The notes: generated by a model from the letters alone, not told the origin. Numbered from the stretch's first letter, positions 10,017-23,273 are shown. The stretch: 56,939 nucleotides of DNA from Betaproteobacteria bacterium (GCA_037445795.1 JBBIJT010000002.1:1-56939), one strand, 5' to 3'. Made by a program: numbers and translations.

Positions 10017-10889
10017 TCAGTCGGCGACGGCCGCCGCGGAGGCGAGCCGCGCCTTGTATTCCTGGAAGAGCGCGTGCATGCGCCGGAACACCGGGCCGGG
10101 AACGCCCTTGCCCACGGGCTTGCCGTCGAGCGTCGTCACCGCGAGCACCTCCTTGGTCGACGAGGAGAGCCAGATCTCGTCGGCGGAGCGCACCTCGGCC
10201 TCGGTGACGGGGCGGACGTCGAAGCGGACCTTCCCCTCGCGGGCGAGGTCGGTCAGCAGCTCGTAGGTGATGCCGAGCAGGATATGGCTGTCCTGCGGGG
10301 CGGCCGCCACGGCGCCCTCCTTCACGATGAAGACGTTGGAGGCCGCGGCCTCGGTGAGGAAGCCGTCGCGGAAGAGGATGGTCTCCGCGGCGCCCGCGTC
10401 GGCCGAGACCTGGCGCGCGAGCACGTTTCCGAGGAGGGAGGTCGACTTGATGTGGCACTTCTCCCAGCGGAAGTCCATCGCCGAGACGCAGGCGACGCCC
10501 TTCTCGACCATCTCCCGCGAAGGCGTCGACAGCGGCGACACCATCATGAAGACCGTGGGCGTGAGCCCCTGGGGGATGACGTGATCGCGCTTGGGCGGCA
10601 CGCCGCGGGTGACCTGGATGTAGACCGCCTGGTTGCCGGGGTGGTGGGCGAGCAGCCGGTTCACCTCGGCGATCCACCCGTCGACCGTGTGCGGGTTGGC
10701 GAGCCGGATCTCGTCCATCGAGCGCTGCAGGCGGTTGAAGTGCTCGCGCGCGCGCAGGAGCTTTCCGCCGTAGGCCGGGATCACCTCGTAGACCCCGTCG
10801 CCGAAGATGAAGCCCCGGTCGAGGGGGGAGATGCGGATCTGGTCGAGGGGGAGCAGCTCGCCGTTGAAGTGCGCGATCGGGGAGGTCAT
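10017..10889 (-). CDS. dat: Class IV aminotransferase, probably D-amino-acid transaminase
   Basis: The sequence MTSPIAHFNGELLPLDQIRISPLDRGFIFGDGVYEVIPAYGG is typical of fold-type IV PLP enzymes. I prefer the start at 10889 (ATG) over the track start 10925, which would overlap the dac gene. Dat versus IlvE/PabC cannot be resolved by eye. Confidence 0.8.
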   Translation of the reverse strand: MTSPIAHFNGELLPLDQIRISPLDRGFIFGDGVYEVIPAYGGKLLRAREHFNRLQRSMDEIRLANPHTVDGWIAEVNRLLAHHPGNQAVYIQVTRGVPPKRDHVIPQGLTPTVFMMVSPLSTPSREMVEKGVACVSAMDFRWEKCHIKSTSLLGNVLARQVSADAGAAETILFRDGFLTEAAASNVFIVKEGAVAAAPQDSHILLGITYELLTDLAREGKVRFDVRPVTEAEVRSADEIWLSSSTKEVLAVTTLDGKPVGKGVPGPVFRRMHALFQEYKARLASAAAVAD

Positions 10890-10894
10890 GTCGG

Positions 10895-12019
10895 TCACCG
10901 GAAGAGGAGGCGGATCGTGTCCCACCCGCGGGAGAGGAAGCCCGCCGCCGGGACGTCCTCGAGGGCCACGACGGCGAATTCGGCCACGGCCGCATTCGCG
11001 CGGGCGAGCTTCATTATCCCCGCATTCTGCCCCCTGGAGTAGGGCGCCACGAAGGGCTGCACCGTCTGCAGCTGCGCCTGGAGGCCCTGGAATCCGTCGC
11101 GCGGCAGCGTGAGCCAGATGTCGCGGTCGAACCCGAGCTTCACCGAGCCGCTCGTCCCCTTGAAGATCTCGGCGTTGGCGACGACGTCGCCCTTCCGGTA
11201 GAGGCGCTGCGTGTCGTAGGCGAGGAAGCCGAAGTTGAGCAGCTTCTGGTTCTCCGAAACGCGAAGCGAGTCCGACTGGGCCCCCATGACCACCGAGACG
11301 AGGCGGCGCTCGCCTCGCTTCGCGGAGGCCACGAGGCAGTAGCCGGCCGCCTCGGTGAAGCCGGTCTTCACGCCGTCCACCGTGGGGTCGAGCCAGAGCA
11401 GGCGGTTGCGGTTGGACTGCGTGATGCCGTTCCAGGTGAATTCCTTCTGCGAGTAGAGCGCGTACTCCCCGGGGAAGTCGCGGATCACGGCCGCCGCGAG
11501 CACGGCCATGTCGCGCGCGCTCGCGTAGTGGTTGGGCGCCGGGAGCCCCGTCGCGTTCACGAAGTTCGACTGGCGAAGCCCCAGCCGCTTCGCCTCGCGG
11601 TTCATGAGCTGCGCGAAGGCCTCCTCGGTGCCCGCCACCGCCTCGGCCAGCGCGATGGTGGCGTCGTTGCCCGACTGCACGATCATCCCGCGCATGAGGT
11701 CGGCGACGGTGACCGGCTTCCTCGGCTCGATGAACATGCGCGAGCCGCCCGCCCGCCAGGCCTTCTCCGACACCGTGGCCACCTGTGCCGGGTCGAGCTT
11801 CCGGTCGCGGATGGCCGAGAAGACGAGGTAGGCGGTCATGAGCTTCGTGAGAGAGGCGGGCTCGAAGCGGTCCTCCTCCGACTGCGCCGCGAGCGCCTGC
11901 CCCGAGAGCGTGTCGAGCAGGTAGTAGGCGCGCGCCGCCACGGGCGGGGGCGTGAGGGGCGCGGCGGGCGCGGCAAGGGGCAGGACGAGGGCGAGCAGGA
12001 GAGCGGCGAGGCGTTTCAT
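10895..12019 (-). CDS. D-alanyl-D-alanine carboxypeptidase (PBP5/6 family)
   Basis: ATG at 12019 (MKRLAALLLALVLPLAAPA signal peptide). The SxxK motif (SLTKLMT), SxN motif (SGNDAT) and KTG motif (KTGFT) are all present. The start overlaps the rlpA stop (ATGA). Confidence 0.93.
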   Translation of the reverse strand: MKRLAALLLALVLPLAAPAAPLTPPPVAARAYYLLDTLSGQALAAQSEEDRFEPASLTKLMTAYLVFSAIRDRKLDPAQVATVSEKAWRAGGSRMFIEPRKPVTVADLMRGMIVQSGNDATIALAEAVAGTEEAFAQLMNREAKRLGLRQSNFVNATGLPAPNHYASARDMAVLAAAVIRDFPGEYALYSQKEFTWNGITQSNRNRLLWLDPTVDGVKTGFTEAAGYCLVASAKRGERRLVSVVMGAQSDSLRVSENQKLLNFGFLAYDTQRLYRKGDVVANAEIFKGTSGSVKLGFDRDIWLTLPRDGFQGLQAQLQTVQPFVAPYSRGQNAGIMKLARANAAVAEFAVVALEDVPAAGFLSRGWDTIRLLFR

Positions 12020-12951
12020 CGAGGGGCGTTCTGGGGAGTGGCGGGGGTGATGACGGGGGCGAAATCGAGGGACGCGCGGATCTTGTCGGCGATGGCCTGG
12101 GCTTCGTCGCGGGTCTTGTACGGCCCGAGGCGGACGCGGTGCAGGCCGCCCGCAGACGCGACCTGGATCGGCTCGGCGAGCCACGGCAGCTCGCGCGCCA
12201 CGTGGTTGCGGAAGCTCTCGGCGTTGTCCGCGCTCGAGAACGCGCCCAGCTGCAGGTAGAGGCCCGCCGGCCCGGCGGCGACGAGCGGCGTCGAGATTTC
12301 GGCAGCCTGCGGCTGCGGAAGTTCCGCGGCGGCGAGCGGCGTGACGACGGTCGCGGCGGGCGGGGGGGCCGCGGGCGCGGGCCCGGGAGGGGCCGATGCC
12401 GCCGCGAGCCGCGTCGCGTCGCGGGCGAACACGCGCTCCACCTCGACCAGGCCGCTTCCGGGCGCGGCGATGCCGAGCTTCGCCGCCGCGGCGTAGGACA
12501 GGTCGATCACGCGCCCGTCGTGGAAGGGGCCGCGGTCGTTCACGCGCACGACCACCGACTGGTTGTTCTTCACGTTCGTCACGCGCGCGTAGCTCGGGAT
12601 GGGGAGCGTCTTGTGGGCGGCGGTCATGGCGAACATGTCGTAGGTCTCGCCCGAGGAGGTCTTCTGGCCGTGGAACTTGCGCCCGTACCAGGAGGCGAGG
12701 CCGCGCTCCCGCATGGGCTCGTCGTTCACCACGGGGGCGTACGTCCGCCCGAACACGGTGTAGGGGCGGTTGGCGTAGCGGTGGTAGGGCTCGTCGCGCG
12801 GCACGGCGTCGGGGATCGCGGCGATGTCGGGCGGCACCGATTCCGGCGGCCCGTCGTCGGCGTAGTAGGCCGGCTTCTTCGGCGGCGCCTTGGGCGCGGT
12901 GCCGCAGGCCGCGACGGCCACGGCGACGATCGCGAGGAGCGCCGCGCGCAT
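12016..12951 (-). CDS. rlpA: Septal ring lytic transglycosylase RlpA (DPBB + SPOR domains)
   Basis: ATG at 12951, with a lipoprotein-like signal peptide (AVAVAAC). The DPBB motif is SWYGRKFHGQKTSSGETYD. A C-terminal SPOR domain follows (LYLQLGAFSSADNAE...RVRLGPYKTRDEAQ). Confidence 0.92.
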   Translation of the reverse strand: MRAALLAIVAVAVAACGTAPKAPPKKPAYYADDGPPESVPPDIAAIPDAVPRDEPYHRYANRPYTVFGRTYAPVVNDEPMRERGLASWYGRKFHGQKTSSGETYDMFAMTAAHKTLPIPSYARVTNVKNNQSVVVRVNDRGPFHDGRVIDLSYAAAAKLGIAAPGSGLVEVERVFARDATRLAAASAPPGPAPAAPPPAATVVTPLAAAELPQPQAAEISTPLVAAGPAGLYLQLGAFSSADNAESFRNHVARELPWLAEPIQVASAGGLHRVRLGPYKTRDEAQAIADKIRASLDFAPVITPATPQNAPR

Positions 12952-14048
12952 CAGCTCGACACCAGCTGCTTGTGCGTGGAGATCGACATGAGGATGCCGA
13001 AGCCCACGAGCATCGAGAGCAGCGCCGTGCCGCCGTAGCTCACCATCGGCAGCGGCACCCCGACGACGGGAAGGATGCCGCTCACCATGCCCATGTTCAC
13101 GAAGGCGTAGGTGAAGAAGGTGAGCGTGACGGCGCCCGCGGTGAGCCTCGCGAAGGTGGTCGAGGCGTTGGCCGCGATCATGAGCCCGCGCCCGACGATC
13201 AGCACGTAGAGGACGACCAGCAGGAGGTTGCCGGCCAGGCCGAACTCCTCGCCGTACACGGCGAGGATGAAGTCGGTGGAGCGCTCGGGGACGAAGTCGA
13301 GCTGCGCCTGCGTGCCGTTGAGCCAGCCCTTGCCGAGCACGCCGCCCGAGCCGATGGCGATCGTGGCCTGGATGATGTGGTAGCCGGCGCCAAGCGGGTC
13401 CTCCGTCGGGTCGAAGAGCGTGAGCACGCGCTTTCGCTGGTAGTCGTGGAGCATGCCCCAGAGGAACGGCAGGCTCACCATGCCGGTGACGAAGAGGCCG
13501 GCGAGGATCTTCCACGACAGCCCCGCCAGGAAGATCACGAAGAACCCGGAGGCGAAGATGAGGAGCGCCGTGCCGAGGTCGGGCTGGCGCGCGACGAGGC
13601 CCACGGGCAGCGCGAGGAGGATCGCGGCGACGGCGTAGTCGCGCAGCTGGATCCCCTCCTGGTGGCGGTGGAAGTACCACGCGAGGAGGAGCGGCACCGC
13701 GATCTTCATGACCTCGGACGGCTGGATCGTGGTGAACCCGAGGTTGAGCCAGCGGCGGGCGCCGTTTCGCACCTCGCCGAAGAGGGCCACCCCGACGAGG
13801 AGCGCGAGCCCCGCGGAATACACCGGGATCGCGAGGCGCATCAGGGCCTGCGGCGGGATGTTGGCGACGATCCAGAGCGCGGCGGCGGCCACGGCGATGT
13901 TGCGCGACTGGCCGAGGACGCGGTCGACGGAGGCCCCGCCCGAGGCGGAGTAGACCACGGTGAGGCCGAGCGCGAGGGTGAGCACGAGGCACACCATGAG
14001 GGGCCCGTCGATGCGGCGCGAGATGATGTCGAAGAGGCGGCTAATCAC
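12951..14048 (-). CDS. rodA: Peptidoglycan glycosyltransferase RodA (SEDS family)
   Basis: 365-aa polytopic membrane ORF, RodA/FtsW-like, directly downstream of mrdA with an 8-nt overlap. Confidence 0.92.
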   Translation of the reverse strand: MISRLFDIISRRIDGPLMVCLVLTLALGLTVVYSASGGASVDRVLGQSRNIAVAAAALWIVANIPPQALMRLAIPVYSAGLALLVGVALFGEVRNGARRWLNLGFTTIQPSEVMKIAVPLLLAWYFHRHQEGIQLRDYAVAAILLALPVGLVARQPDLGTALLIFASGFFVIFLAGLSWKILAGLFVTGMVSLPFLWGMLHDYQRKRVLTLFDPTEDPLGAGYHIIQATIAIGSGGVLGKGWLNGTQAQLDFVPERSTDFILAVYGEEFGLAGNLLLVVLYVLIVGRGLMIAANASTTFARLTAGAVTLTFFTYAFVNMGMVSGILPVVGVPLPMVSYGGTALLSMLVGFGILMSISTHKQLVSS

Positions 14049-15942
14049 TCTCGGCCTCGTCGTCGCCCAGGGCCTGCTTGCGCTCGGGGCGCTTGCGCAG
14101 CAGGTAGTAGTCGAAGACCTCGCGCGCGATGGGCACGGCCGTCGAGCTGCCGTGGCCGCCGTTCTCCACCAGCAGGGCGAGGGCGATCTTGGGGTCGTCC
14201 GCGGGCGCGTAGGCGATGAAGAGCGCGTGGTCGCGCAGGCGCTCGTGCACGCGCTTCTCGTCGTACTTCTCCCCGGCCTTCATCGCGACGACCTGCGCGG
14301 TCCCGGTCTTCCCGGCGACGAGGTAGGGGGCGCCCTGCGCCGCGCGCACCGCGGTGCCCCCGGGCCGCGTCACGTCGATCATCGCGGCCCGGACGAGCTC
14401 CACGTGCTCGGGCTTGAGGGCGAGGGGCTCGCCGTTCCTCGTCGGCAGCTCGCGGACCTTCTGCGTGCGCGCGTCCTGCACCGCGCGCACGAGCCGGGGG
14501 TGCACCGGCGTGCCGCCGTTGGCGAGCGTGGCCACCGCCGTGGCGAGCTGCATCGGGGTGGCGAGCCAGTAGCCCTGCCCGATTCCCACGCTGATGGTGT
14601 CGCCGGCGTACCACTTCTGCTTGAAGCGCTGCCACTTCCAGTCGCTCGAGGGCTGCAGGCCCGGGAGCTCCCCGTCGATGTCGACGCCGGTCTTCGAGCC
14701 GAAGCCGAACTGGGTCATGAAGCGGTGGATCGCGTCCACGCCCAGGTCGTTGGCGAGGCCGTAGTAGTACGTGTCGCAGGACACCACGATGGAGCGGTGC
14801 AGGTTCACCATCCCGTGGCCGCCCTTCTTCCAGTCGCGGAAGGGGCGCGCCACGCCGGGCAGCATCCACTGGCCCGGGTCGGAGATGGTGTACTCGGGCG
14901 TGCGCTTGCCGTAGGTGAGCGCCGCGAGCGCCATGAAGGGCTTGATGGTCGACCCCGGCGGGTACTGGCCGCGCAGCGCGCGGTTGTTGAGCGGCTTGTC
15001 GGGCGAGTTGTTGAGCGCGTCCCAGTTGGCCGGGTCGATGCCGTCGACGAAGAGGTTGGGGTCGTAGCCGGGCCGCGAGACGAGCGCGAGCACGTCGCCC
15101 GTCTTGGGGTCGAGCGCCACGAGCGCGCCGCGGTAGTCCTGGAACGCCTCCTCGGCCACGCGCTGCAGCTTGATGTCGAGGGTGACCAGCAGGTTGTTGC
15201 CCGACTGCGGCTCGGAGCGCGAGAGCGCGCGGATGGCGCGCCCGCCGGCGTCGATCTCCACCTGCTCGCTGCCCGTGATGCCGTGCAGCTCCTTCTCGTA
15301 GGCGCCCTCGATGCCGAGCTTGCCGATGTGGTCGGTGCCCTTGTAGTTCGTCGCGAGCCCGGCCGCCTCGATGCGCCGCACGTCGGCCTCGTTGATGCGG
15401 CCGATGTAGCCCACCGCATGGGAGGCGATGTCGCCGTGGGGGTAGGAGCGGAAGAGCCGCGCCTTGATCTCGAAGCCCGGGAAGCGGTAGCGGTTCACCG
15501 CGAACCTCGCCACCTCCTCCTCCGTGAGGCGCGTGCGGATGGGCAGGCTCTCGAAGTTCTTGCTCTCCTCCTGCAGGCGCTTGAAGCGGCGGCGGTCGCG
15601 CGGGGTCACCTCGATCACCTGCGAGAGCTCGTCGATGGCCCGCTCGACGTTGCCCACCTTGCCGGGCGTGACCTCGAGCGTGTAGGCGGAGTAGTTGGCC
15701 GCGAGGACCTCGCCGTTCCTGTCGAGGATGAGGCCGCGGTTGGGGACGACGGGGACCACCGAGATCCGGTTCGCCTCGGCGAGGGTGTGGTAGTGCTCGC
15801 GCTGCACGACCTGCAGCCAGACGAAGCGGGCGACGAGGAGCCCGAAGGCCACGAGCGCCGCGAGCCCCGCCACGGTGAGGCGTGCGCGGAAGACGTTGAG
15901 CTCCGCGCGCTGGTCGCGAAGCGTCTGCCCGACGACGCTCAT
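14041..15942 (-). CDS. mrdA: Penicillin-binding protein 2 (elongasome transpeptidase)
   Basis: ATG at 15942 (MSVVGQTLRDQRAELNVFRARL...). Transpeptidase motifs STIKP and KTGTAQ are present. The start overlaps the mreD stop (ATGA). Confidence 0.94.
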   Translation of the reverse strand: MSVVGQTLRDQRAELNVFRARLTVAGLAALVAFGLLVARFVWLQVVQREHYHTLAEANRISVVPVVPNRGLILDRNGEVLAANYSAYTLEVTPGKVGNVERAIDELSQVIEVTPRDRRRFKRLQEESKNFESLPIRTRLTEEEVARFAVNRYRFPGFEIKARLFRSYPHGDIASHAVGYIGRINEADVRRIEAAGLATNYKGTDHIGKLGIEGAYEKELHGITGSEQVEIDAGGRAIRALSRSEPQSGNNLLVTLDIKLQRVAEEAFQDYRGALVALDPKTGDVLALVSRPGYDPNLFVDGIDPANWDALNNSPDKPLNNRALRGQYPPGSTIKPFMALAALTYGKRTPEYTISDPGQWMLPGVARPFRDWKKGGHGMVNLHRSIVVSCDTYYYGLANDLGVDAIHRFMTQFGFGSKTGVDIDGELPGLQPSSDWKWQRFKQKWYAGDTISVGIGQGYWLATPMQLATAVATLANGGTPVHPRLVRAVQDARTQKVRELPTRNGEPLALKPEHVELVRAAMIDVTRPGGTAVRAAQGAPYLVAGKTGTAQVVAMKAGEKYDEKRVHERLRDHALFIAYAPADDPKIALALLVENGGHGSSTAVPIAREVFDYYLLRKRPERKQALGDDEAESD

Positions 15943-16472
15943 ACGGGCGATTCCCGGCGCATCCGGCGAAGGCCGGGCAGGTAGAGGAGCCAGGTGAGCG
16001 GCGCCCACGCGAGCGAGGCGAGCACCGGCGAGAGCGCCATGGCGAGCCCGGGGAGCGAGGCGCCGAGCAGGAGGTTCAGCAGCAGCACCACGGCCGTCGC
16101 CCCGATGAAGAGGCCCAGCACGTGCAGCGTCTGCTCGAGGAGCGGGAAGGAGAGCACGCGCACGCGCAGCACCTGCGCCCCGTAGGTGGCGACCACGTAC
16201 GCGAGCGCGTGCTGCCCCAGCAGCATCGAGTCGCCCACGTCCATCGCGAGGCCGAGGGCGAAGGCGAGGCCCTGGCCCACGGAGCCGGGCTGGTGGATGA
16301 CCCAGAACACCAGCACCACGAGCACGAGGTCGGGGCGCGCGGCGAGCGCCCAGCCGGCCCACGGCAGCGAGTTGAACAGGTAGGCGGCCACGAACGAGGC
16401 GAGGATGAGGCCCGCTCCGGCGGGAACCCGCATCACGTCGCGCGCGACGGGAGTCAGGTCGGCCGGTCTCAT
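15939..16472 (-). CDS. mreD: Rod shape-determining protein MreD
   Basis: 177-aa hydrophobic ORF between mreC and mrdA, with a 4-nt overlap on mreC. Confidence 0.88.
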   Translation of the reverse strand: MRPADLTPVARDVMRVPAGAGLILASFVAAYLFNSLPWAGWALAARPDLVLVVLVFWVIHQPGSVGQGLAFALGLAMDVGDSMLLGQHALAYVVATYGAQVLRVRVLSFPLLEQTLHVLGLFIGATAVVLLLNLLLGASLPGLAMALSPVLASLAWAPLTWLLYLPGLRRMRRESPV

Positions 16473-17389
16473 GGCTGGCGCCTCGGCTTTCCCGGGCCGC
16501 GGTCCTTGGCGGGGCGCTTCTCGTCGGCGCGCGCCTCGGGCGCGGGCGGGGCCGCGGGCCGCTGCGCCGTGAGGATGCGCACGAAGCGATGGTTGTCGAC
16601 ACCCGCCGCGGGCCGCGCCGTGATCTTGGCGAACATGTAGGCCGCGTTCTTCTCCACCCCGGTCACGCGCGCCACGACGAGCCCCGCGGGGTAGGTGCCG
16701 TCGATGCCCGAGGTCACGAAGAGGTCGCCGTTCTGGATGTCGGCGGACACGGGCATGAAGGGCACGTCGATGGAACCGTCCTTGCCCGAGCCCACGGCGA
16801 TGGCGCGAAGCCCGTTCCTCGTGAGCATCACCGGCACGGACTGGTCCTTCTCGGTGAGGAGCGTCACCTCGCTGGTGAACGTGCCGACCGCGGTCACCTG
16901 GCCCACCACGCCCTGGCCGTCGATCACCGGCATGCCGGACTTCACGCCCTGGGTGAGCCCCTTGTCGAGGATGAGCTTCCTCACGAAGGGGTTGCGGCCG
17001 TAGGAGAGCACCTCCGCCAGCACGCCGTCGGCGGCGAAGCGGCTGCGCTCGGGGGTCATCGCGAGCAGGTGCGCCTGCTCGGCCGCGAGGAGCTTCGCCT
17101 GCTGCGCCTCGGCCGCGTTCTCGAGGAGCTTCGCCCTGAGCTGCTCGTTCTCGCGCAGGAGCCTGTCCTGCGACGAGAAGTAGTCCGTCACCCGCGCGAG
17201 CGCCATGGCGGGCGCGCCGGCGGCCTGCTGCAGCGGGGCGACGAGCACGGAGAGCGACAGCCGCACCGCCTCGAGGGCGCCGAAGCGGTGGTCCGCGATC
17301 ATCGTCGCGATCGCGAGGAGTGCGAAGAACGTGAGGCGGGCGAGAGGGCTGGGCCCGCGGTGGAAGAACGGAGGCGGCTCGTGGATCAC
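16469..17389 (-). CDS. mreC: Rod shape-determining protein MreC
   Basis: 306-aa ORF with an N-terminal TM segment, a coiled coil (ENEQLRAKLLENAAEAQQAKLL) and a beta-rich periplasmic domain. It sits in the expected position after mreB. Confidence 0.9.
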   Translation of the reverse strand: MIHEPPPFFHRGPSPLARLTFFALLAIATMIADHRFGALEAVRLSLSVLVAPLQQAAGAPAMALARVTDYFSSQDRLLRENEQLRAKLLENAAEAQQAKLLAAEQAHLLAMTPERSRFAADGVLAEVLSYGRNPFVRKLILDKGLTQGVKSGMPVIDGQGVVGQVTAVGTFTSEVTLLTEKDQSVPVMLTRNGLRAIAVGSGKDGSIDVPFMPVSADIQNGDLFVTSGIDGTYPAGLVVARVTGVEKNAAYMFAKITARPAAGVDNHRFVRILTAQRPAAPPAPEARADEKRPAKDRGPGKPRRQP

Positions 17390-17402
17390 GCCGGCGCGGG
17401 CG

Positions 17403-18500
<1,098 letters not shown>

Positions 18501-18550
18501 CTATAATAGCCCAAAATCACGATGAATTAAGGCCTTAGAGCGCCTTTCGC

Positions 18551-18835
18551 ATGCTGTCCCTCGATGAAGTCCGCCGCATCGCCGAGCTCGCCCGGATCGA
18601 AGTCCCTGAGGGGCGCGTTGCGGCATTGCAGCAAAGCCTCAACGGCATCTTCGGCCTGATCGAGCAGATGCGCGCCGTCGACACCACGGGAGTCGAGCCC
18701 ATGGCGCACGCGGTGGACGTGACGCAGCGCCTGCGCGAAGACCGCGTCACGGAGAGCGACCAGCACGTTCTGTTCCAGGCCGCGGCGCCGCAGGTGGAGG
18801 ACGGCCTCTACCTCGTGCCGAAGGTCATCGAGTAG
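18551..18835 (+). CDS. gatC: Asp/Glu-tRNA(Asn/Gln) amidotransferase subunit C
   Basis: 94-aa ORF ([18 protein letters not shown]...) upstream of gatA and gatB. Confidence 0.93.
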   Translation: MLSLDEVRRIAELARIEVPEGRVAALQQSLNGIFGLIEQMRAVDTTGVEPMAHAVDVTQRLREDRVTESDQHVLFQAAAPQVEDGLYLVPKVIE

Positions 18836-18881
18836 CTCCGCGCGGCCGGCGAAGCGTCGCCGCGCCCCGACACGCCTGCCC

Positions 18882-20344
<1,463 letters not shown>

Positions 20345-20348
<4 letters not shown>

Positions 20349-21775
20349 AGTGGGAAGTCGTCATCGGGCTGGAAACGCACGCGCAGCTGTCGACCGCGTC
20401 CAAGATCTTCTCCGGCGCGGCGACCGCGTTCGGCGCCGCGCCCAACACGCAGGCCTCGGCCGTGGACATCGCCCTGCCGGGCGTGCTGCCCGTGCTCAAC
20501 AAGGGCGCCGTCGAGCGCGCCATCCGCTTTGGCCTCTCGGTGGGCGCCACGATCGCGCCGCGCAGCGTCTTCGCGCGCAAGAACTACTTCTACCCCGACC
20601 TCCCGAAGGGCTACCAGATCAGCCAGTACGAGCTTCCCGTGGTGTCTGGCGGCGAGATCGCGATCCTCGTGGACGGCGCCGAGAAGCGCGTGCGGCTCAC
20701 GCGGGCGCACCTCGAGGAGGACGCCGGCAAGAGCCTGCACGAGGACTTCCACGGAATGACCGGCATCGACTTGAACCGCGCCGGCACGCCGCTGCTCGAG
20801 ATCGTGTCGGAGCCCGACATGCGAAGCGCGAAGGAGGCGGTGGCCTACGCCAAGGCGCTGCACTCGCTCGTGCGCTGGATCGGCATCTGCGACGGCAACA
20901 TGCAGGAGGGCTCCTTCCGCTGCGACGCCAACGTCTCGGTGCGGCCGATGGGCTCGGAGAAGCTCGGCACGCGCTGCGAGATCAAGAACCTCAACTCCTT
21001 CCGCTTCCTCGAGAAGGCGATCGAGCACGAGGTGCGCCGCCAGGTCGAGCTCATCGAGGACGGCGGCACGGTGCGCCAGGAGACCCGCCTGTGGGACCCG
21101 CAGAAGGGCGAGACGCGCTCGATGCGCTCCAAGGAGGACGCGCACGACTACCGCTACTTCCCGGATCCCGACCTGCTGCCGCTCGCGATCTCCGCGGACT
21201 GGGTCGCCCGGGTGCGCTCCACGCTGCCGGAGCTGCCGGCGGCCATGCGCGCGCGCTTCGTCGCCGACTACGGCCTGGCGCCCGTCGATGCGACCACCCT
21301 CACCGCGACCCAGGCGATCGCCGCCTACTTCGAGGAAGTCGTGCGCGGCGTGGGCGGGGAGCCCAGGGCCTGCGCCAACTGGGTGCTGGGCGAGCTCTCG
21401 GCGCTCCTCAACCGGCTCGAGGTGGAGGCCGACGCGAGCCCGGTGCCCGCGCGCGCCCTCGCGGGCCTCGTGAAGCGCGTGCTCGACGGGACGGTATCCG
21501 GGAAGACCGCGAAGGACGTGTTCGAGGCGATGGCGGCAGGCGAAGGCGAGGCCGACGCCATCATCGGGAAGCGGGGGCTTCGCCAGATCTCCGACAGCGG
21601 CGCGATCGAGGCGCTGGTGGACCAGGTGCTCGCCGCCAACCCGAAGCTCGTGGAGGACTGGCGCGCCGGCAGGGAGAAAGCCTTCAACGCGCTGGTGGGG
21701 CAGGTGATGAAGGCCTCGCAGGGCAAGGCCAACCCCGCGCAGGCGAACGCGATCCTCAAGGCGAAGCTGGGCTGA
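20345..21775 (+). CDS. gatB: Asp/Glu-tRNA(Asn/Gln) amidotransferase subunit B
   Basis: ATG at 20345 overlaps the gatA stop (ATGA). The protein reads [15 protein letters not shown]...[15 protein letters not shown]. Confidence 0.96.
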
Positions 21776-21814
21776 GGGCCGCGCCACCGCGGCGCGGGCC
21801 GGGCGAACCGCGGG

Positions 21815-22546
21815 TCAGTTCGTCGGCACGATGTAGATGTTGTACCGCTTGGTCGTCTGCTTCGCCGGGTCGGCCCTCTTGCTGGCGGCCTCGATCTCCT
21901 TCGGGTCGCGAAGGTCGAGCTTGCCCTCGGCCTTGAGGTTCTTGAGCTCCCGCCACCGCTTCTTGTCGGCGTCGTACTTTTCGCGGACCTGCTGCATCTC
22001 CTTCTCGTAGTCCGCGATGGAGCGCACGAGCGCGGCGCGCTCGGCCTTGGTGCGCTCGAGGTCGGCTACGAGCTGAGCCGGCGCCTCGCGGGTCTTCCCG
22101 GCGGCCTTGCTCTTGCCGGCCTTGTAGAACTCCATCTCCGCCTCGAGCTCCTGCAGGCGCTTGTCGACGGCGACCGTGCGGTCCTGGGCGCTCTTGATGC
22201 GGCCCTCGATGGGCTTCAGGTTCAGGTCGCGCGAGGTGTCGATGTCCTTCTCGGAGCTGTAGGTCGCGAGGAGCGCGAGATCCTTGCGCCGCTGCTCGGC
22301 GGCGGCCTTCTCGGCCTCCACCTTCCGGGCGGCCTCCTCCCGCTTGGCCTTGACCTGCTCCGGGGTCAGGGTGGGCTCGATCGTGCGCAGGACCATCCCG
22401 GACCGGCTCACCTCCTGCATCGGCACCGTGGCGCAGGCCGCGGGAGGGGTGTCTCCGATGTGGGTGATGCCCTTCTCGTCCTTGCACTTGTAGGCCGCGT
22501 GCGCCGCGGGAGCGGCCACCATCGCCAAGATCAGCAGTCTCTTCAT
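21815..22546 (-). CDS. DUF4124-domain secreted protein with long K/E-rich coiled coil (third paralogue)
   Basis: ATG at 22546 (MKRLLILAMVAAPAAHAAYKCKDEKGITHIGDTPPAAC), followed by ~200 aa of charged heptad-like sequence. Confidence 0.75.
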   Translation of the reverse strand: MKRLLILAMVAAPAAHAAYKCKDEKGITHIGDTPPAACATVPMQEVSRSGMVLRTIEPTLTPEQVKAKREEAARKVEAEKAAAEQRRKDLALLATYSSEKDIDTSRDLNLKPIEGRIKSAQDRTVAVDKRLQELEAEMEFYKAGKSKAAGKTREAPAQLVADLERTKAERAALVRSIADYEKEMQQVREKYDADKKRWRELKNLKAEGKLDLRDPKEIEAASKRADPAKQTTKRYNIYIVPTN

Positions 22547-22610
22547 CACGCCCTTCCTTTGCGCCCCGGCCGGCCGTCTTCGCGCCCGTGCCGCCAAGCC
22601 TGTTGTGGTT

Positions 22611-23273
22611 TCAAACCCCGTATCGCCGCCGGTACTCCTCGATGGCGGGAACCTGGTCACGAAGCCCGGCCCGCCCCCGGAGGGTGGCGAGCACGTCTTC
22701 GAGCGTTGCAATGGCAGTAACGGGGATGCCGTGGTTTCGGCTGACTTCCTGGGTGGCCGAAAGCTCCCCCAGCCCCCGCTCCTGGCGGTCCAGAGCAATT
22801 AGCACACCAGCCGGCACGGCCCCGGCGCCCCGGATCATCGCTTCCGACTCCCGGACAGACGTGCCGGCCGAGATCACGTCGTCGATGATCATGACGCGGC
22901 CCCGAAGTGGTGCGCCGATGATGTTCCCGCCCTCGCCATGGTCCTTCGCTTCCTTGCGGTTGTACGAGAACGGCACATTGTGACCCATTTCAGCCAGCGC
23001 CACGGCCGTCGCGGAGGCGAGGGTGATGCCCTTGTAGGCCGGGCCGAAGAGGAGGTCGAAGGCGATGCCCGAGGCCAGCGCCGCCCGCGCGTAGTACCGG
23101 GCCAGCTCCCCGAGGCTCGCCCCGTCGTGGAACAGCCCGGCGTTGAAGAAGTAGGGGGAGAGGCGCCCCGCCTTGGTCTTGAACTCGCCGAAGCGCAGCA
23201 CGCCGGTCCGGATGGCGAACTCGACGAACTGGCGGCGGAAATCCTGGCCGGAGGGGGGCTGGGCGGCGTCCAT
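22611..23273 (-). CDS. pyrE: Orotate phosphoribosyltransferase
   Basis: 220-aa ORF with the PRPP-binding motif [13 protein letters not shown]. Confidence 0.95.
   Translation of the reverse strand: MDAAQPPSGQDFRRQFVEFAIRTGVLRFGEFKTKAGRLSPYFFNAGLFHDGASLGELARYYARAALASGIAFDLLFGPAYKGITLASATAVALAEMGHNVPFSYNRKEAKDHGEGGNIIGAPLRGRVMIIDDVISAGTSVRESEAMIRGAGAVPAGVLIALDRQERGLGELSATQEVSRNHGIPVTAIATLEDVLATLRGRAGLRDQVPAIEEYRRRYGV

Noticed and set aside
18502-18507. TATAAT hexamer 44 nt upstream of gatC as a promoter -10
   Set aside because: It is plausible, because it lies in the mreB/gatC divergent gap. However, the -35 region (ttcccc) is poor and there is no supporting evidence, so it is not reported as a feature.
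21776-21814. GC hairpin (gccgcg-ccac-cgcggc) between convergent gatB and DUF4124 as a terminator
   Set aside because: The 6-bp stem is short and has no T-run on either strand, which makes it indistinguishable from chance in this GC-rich DNA.
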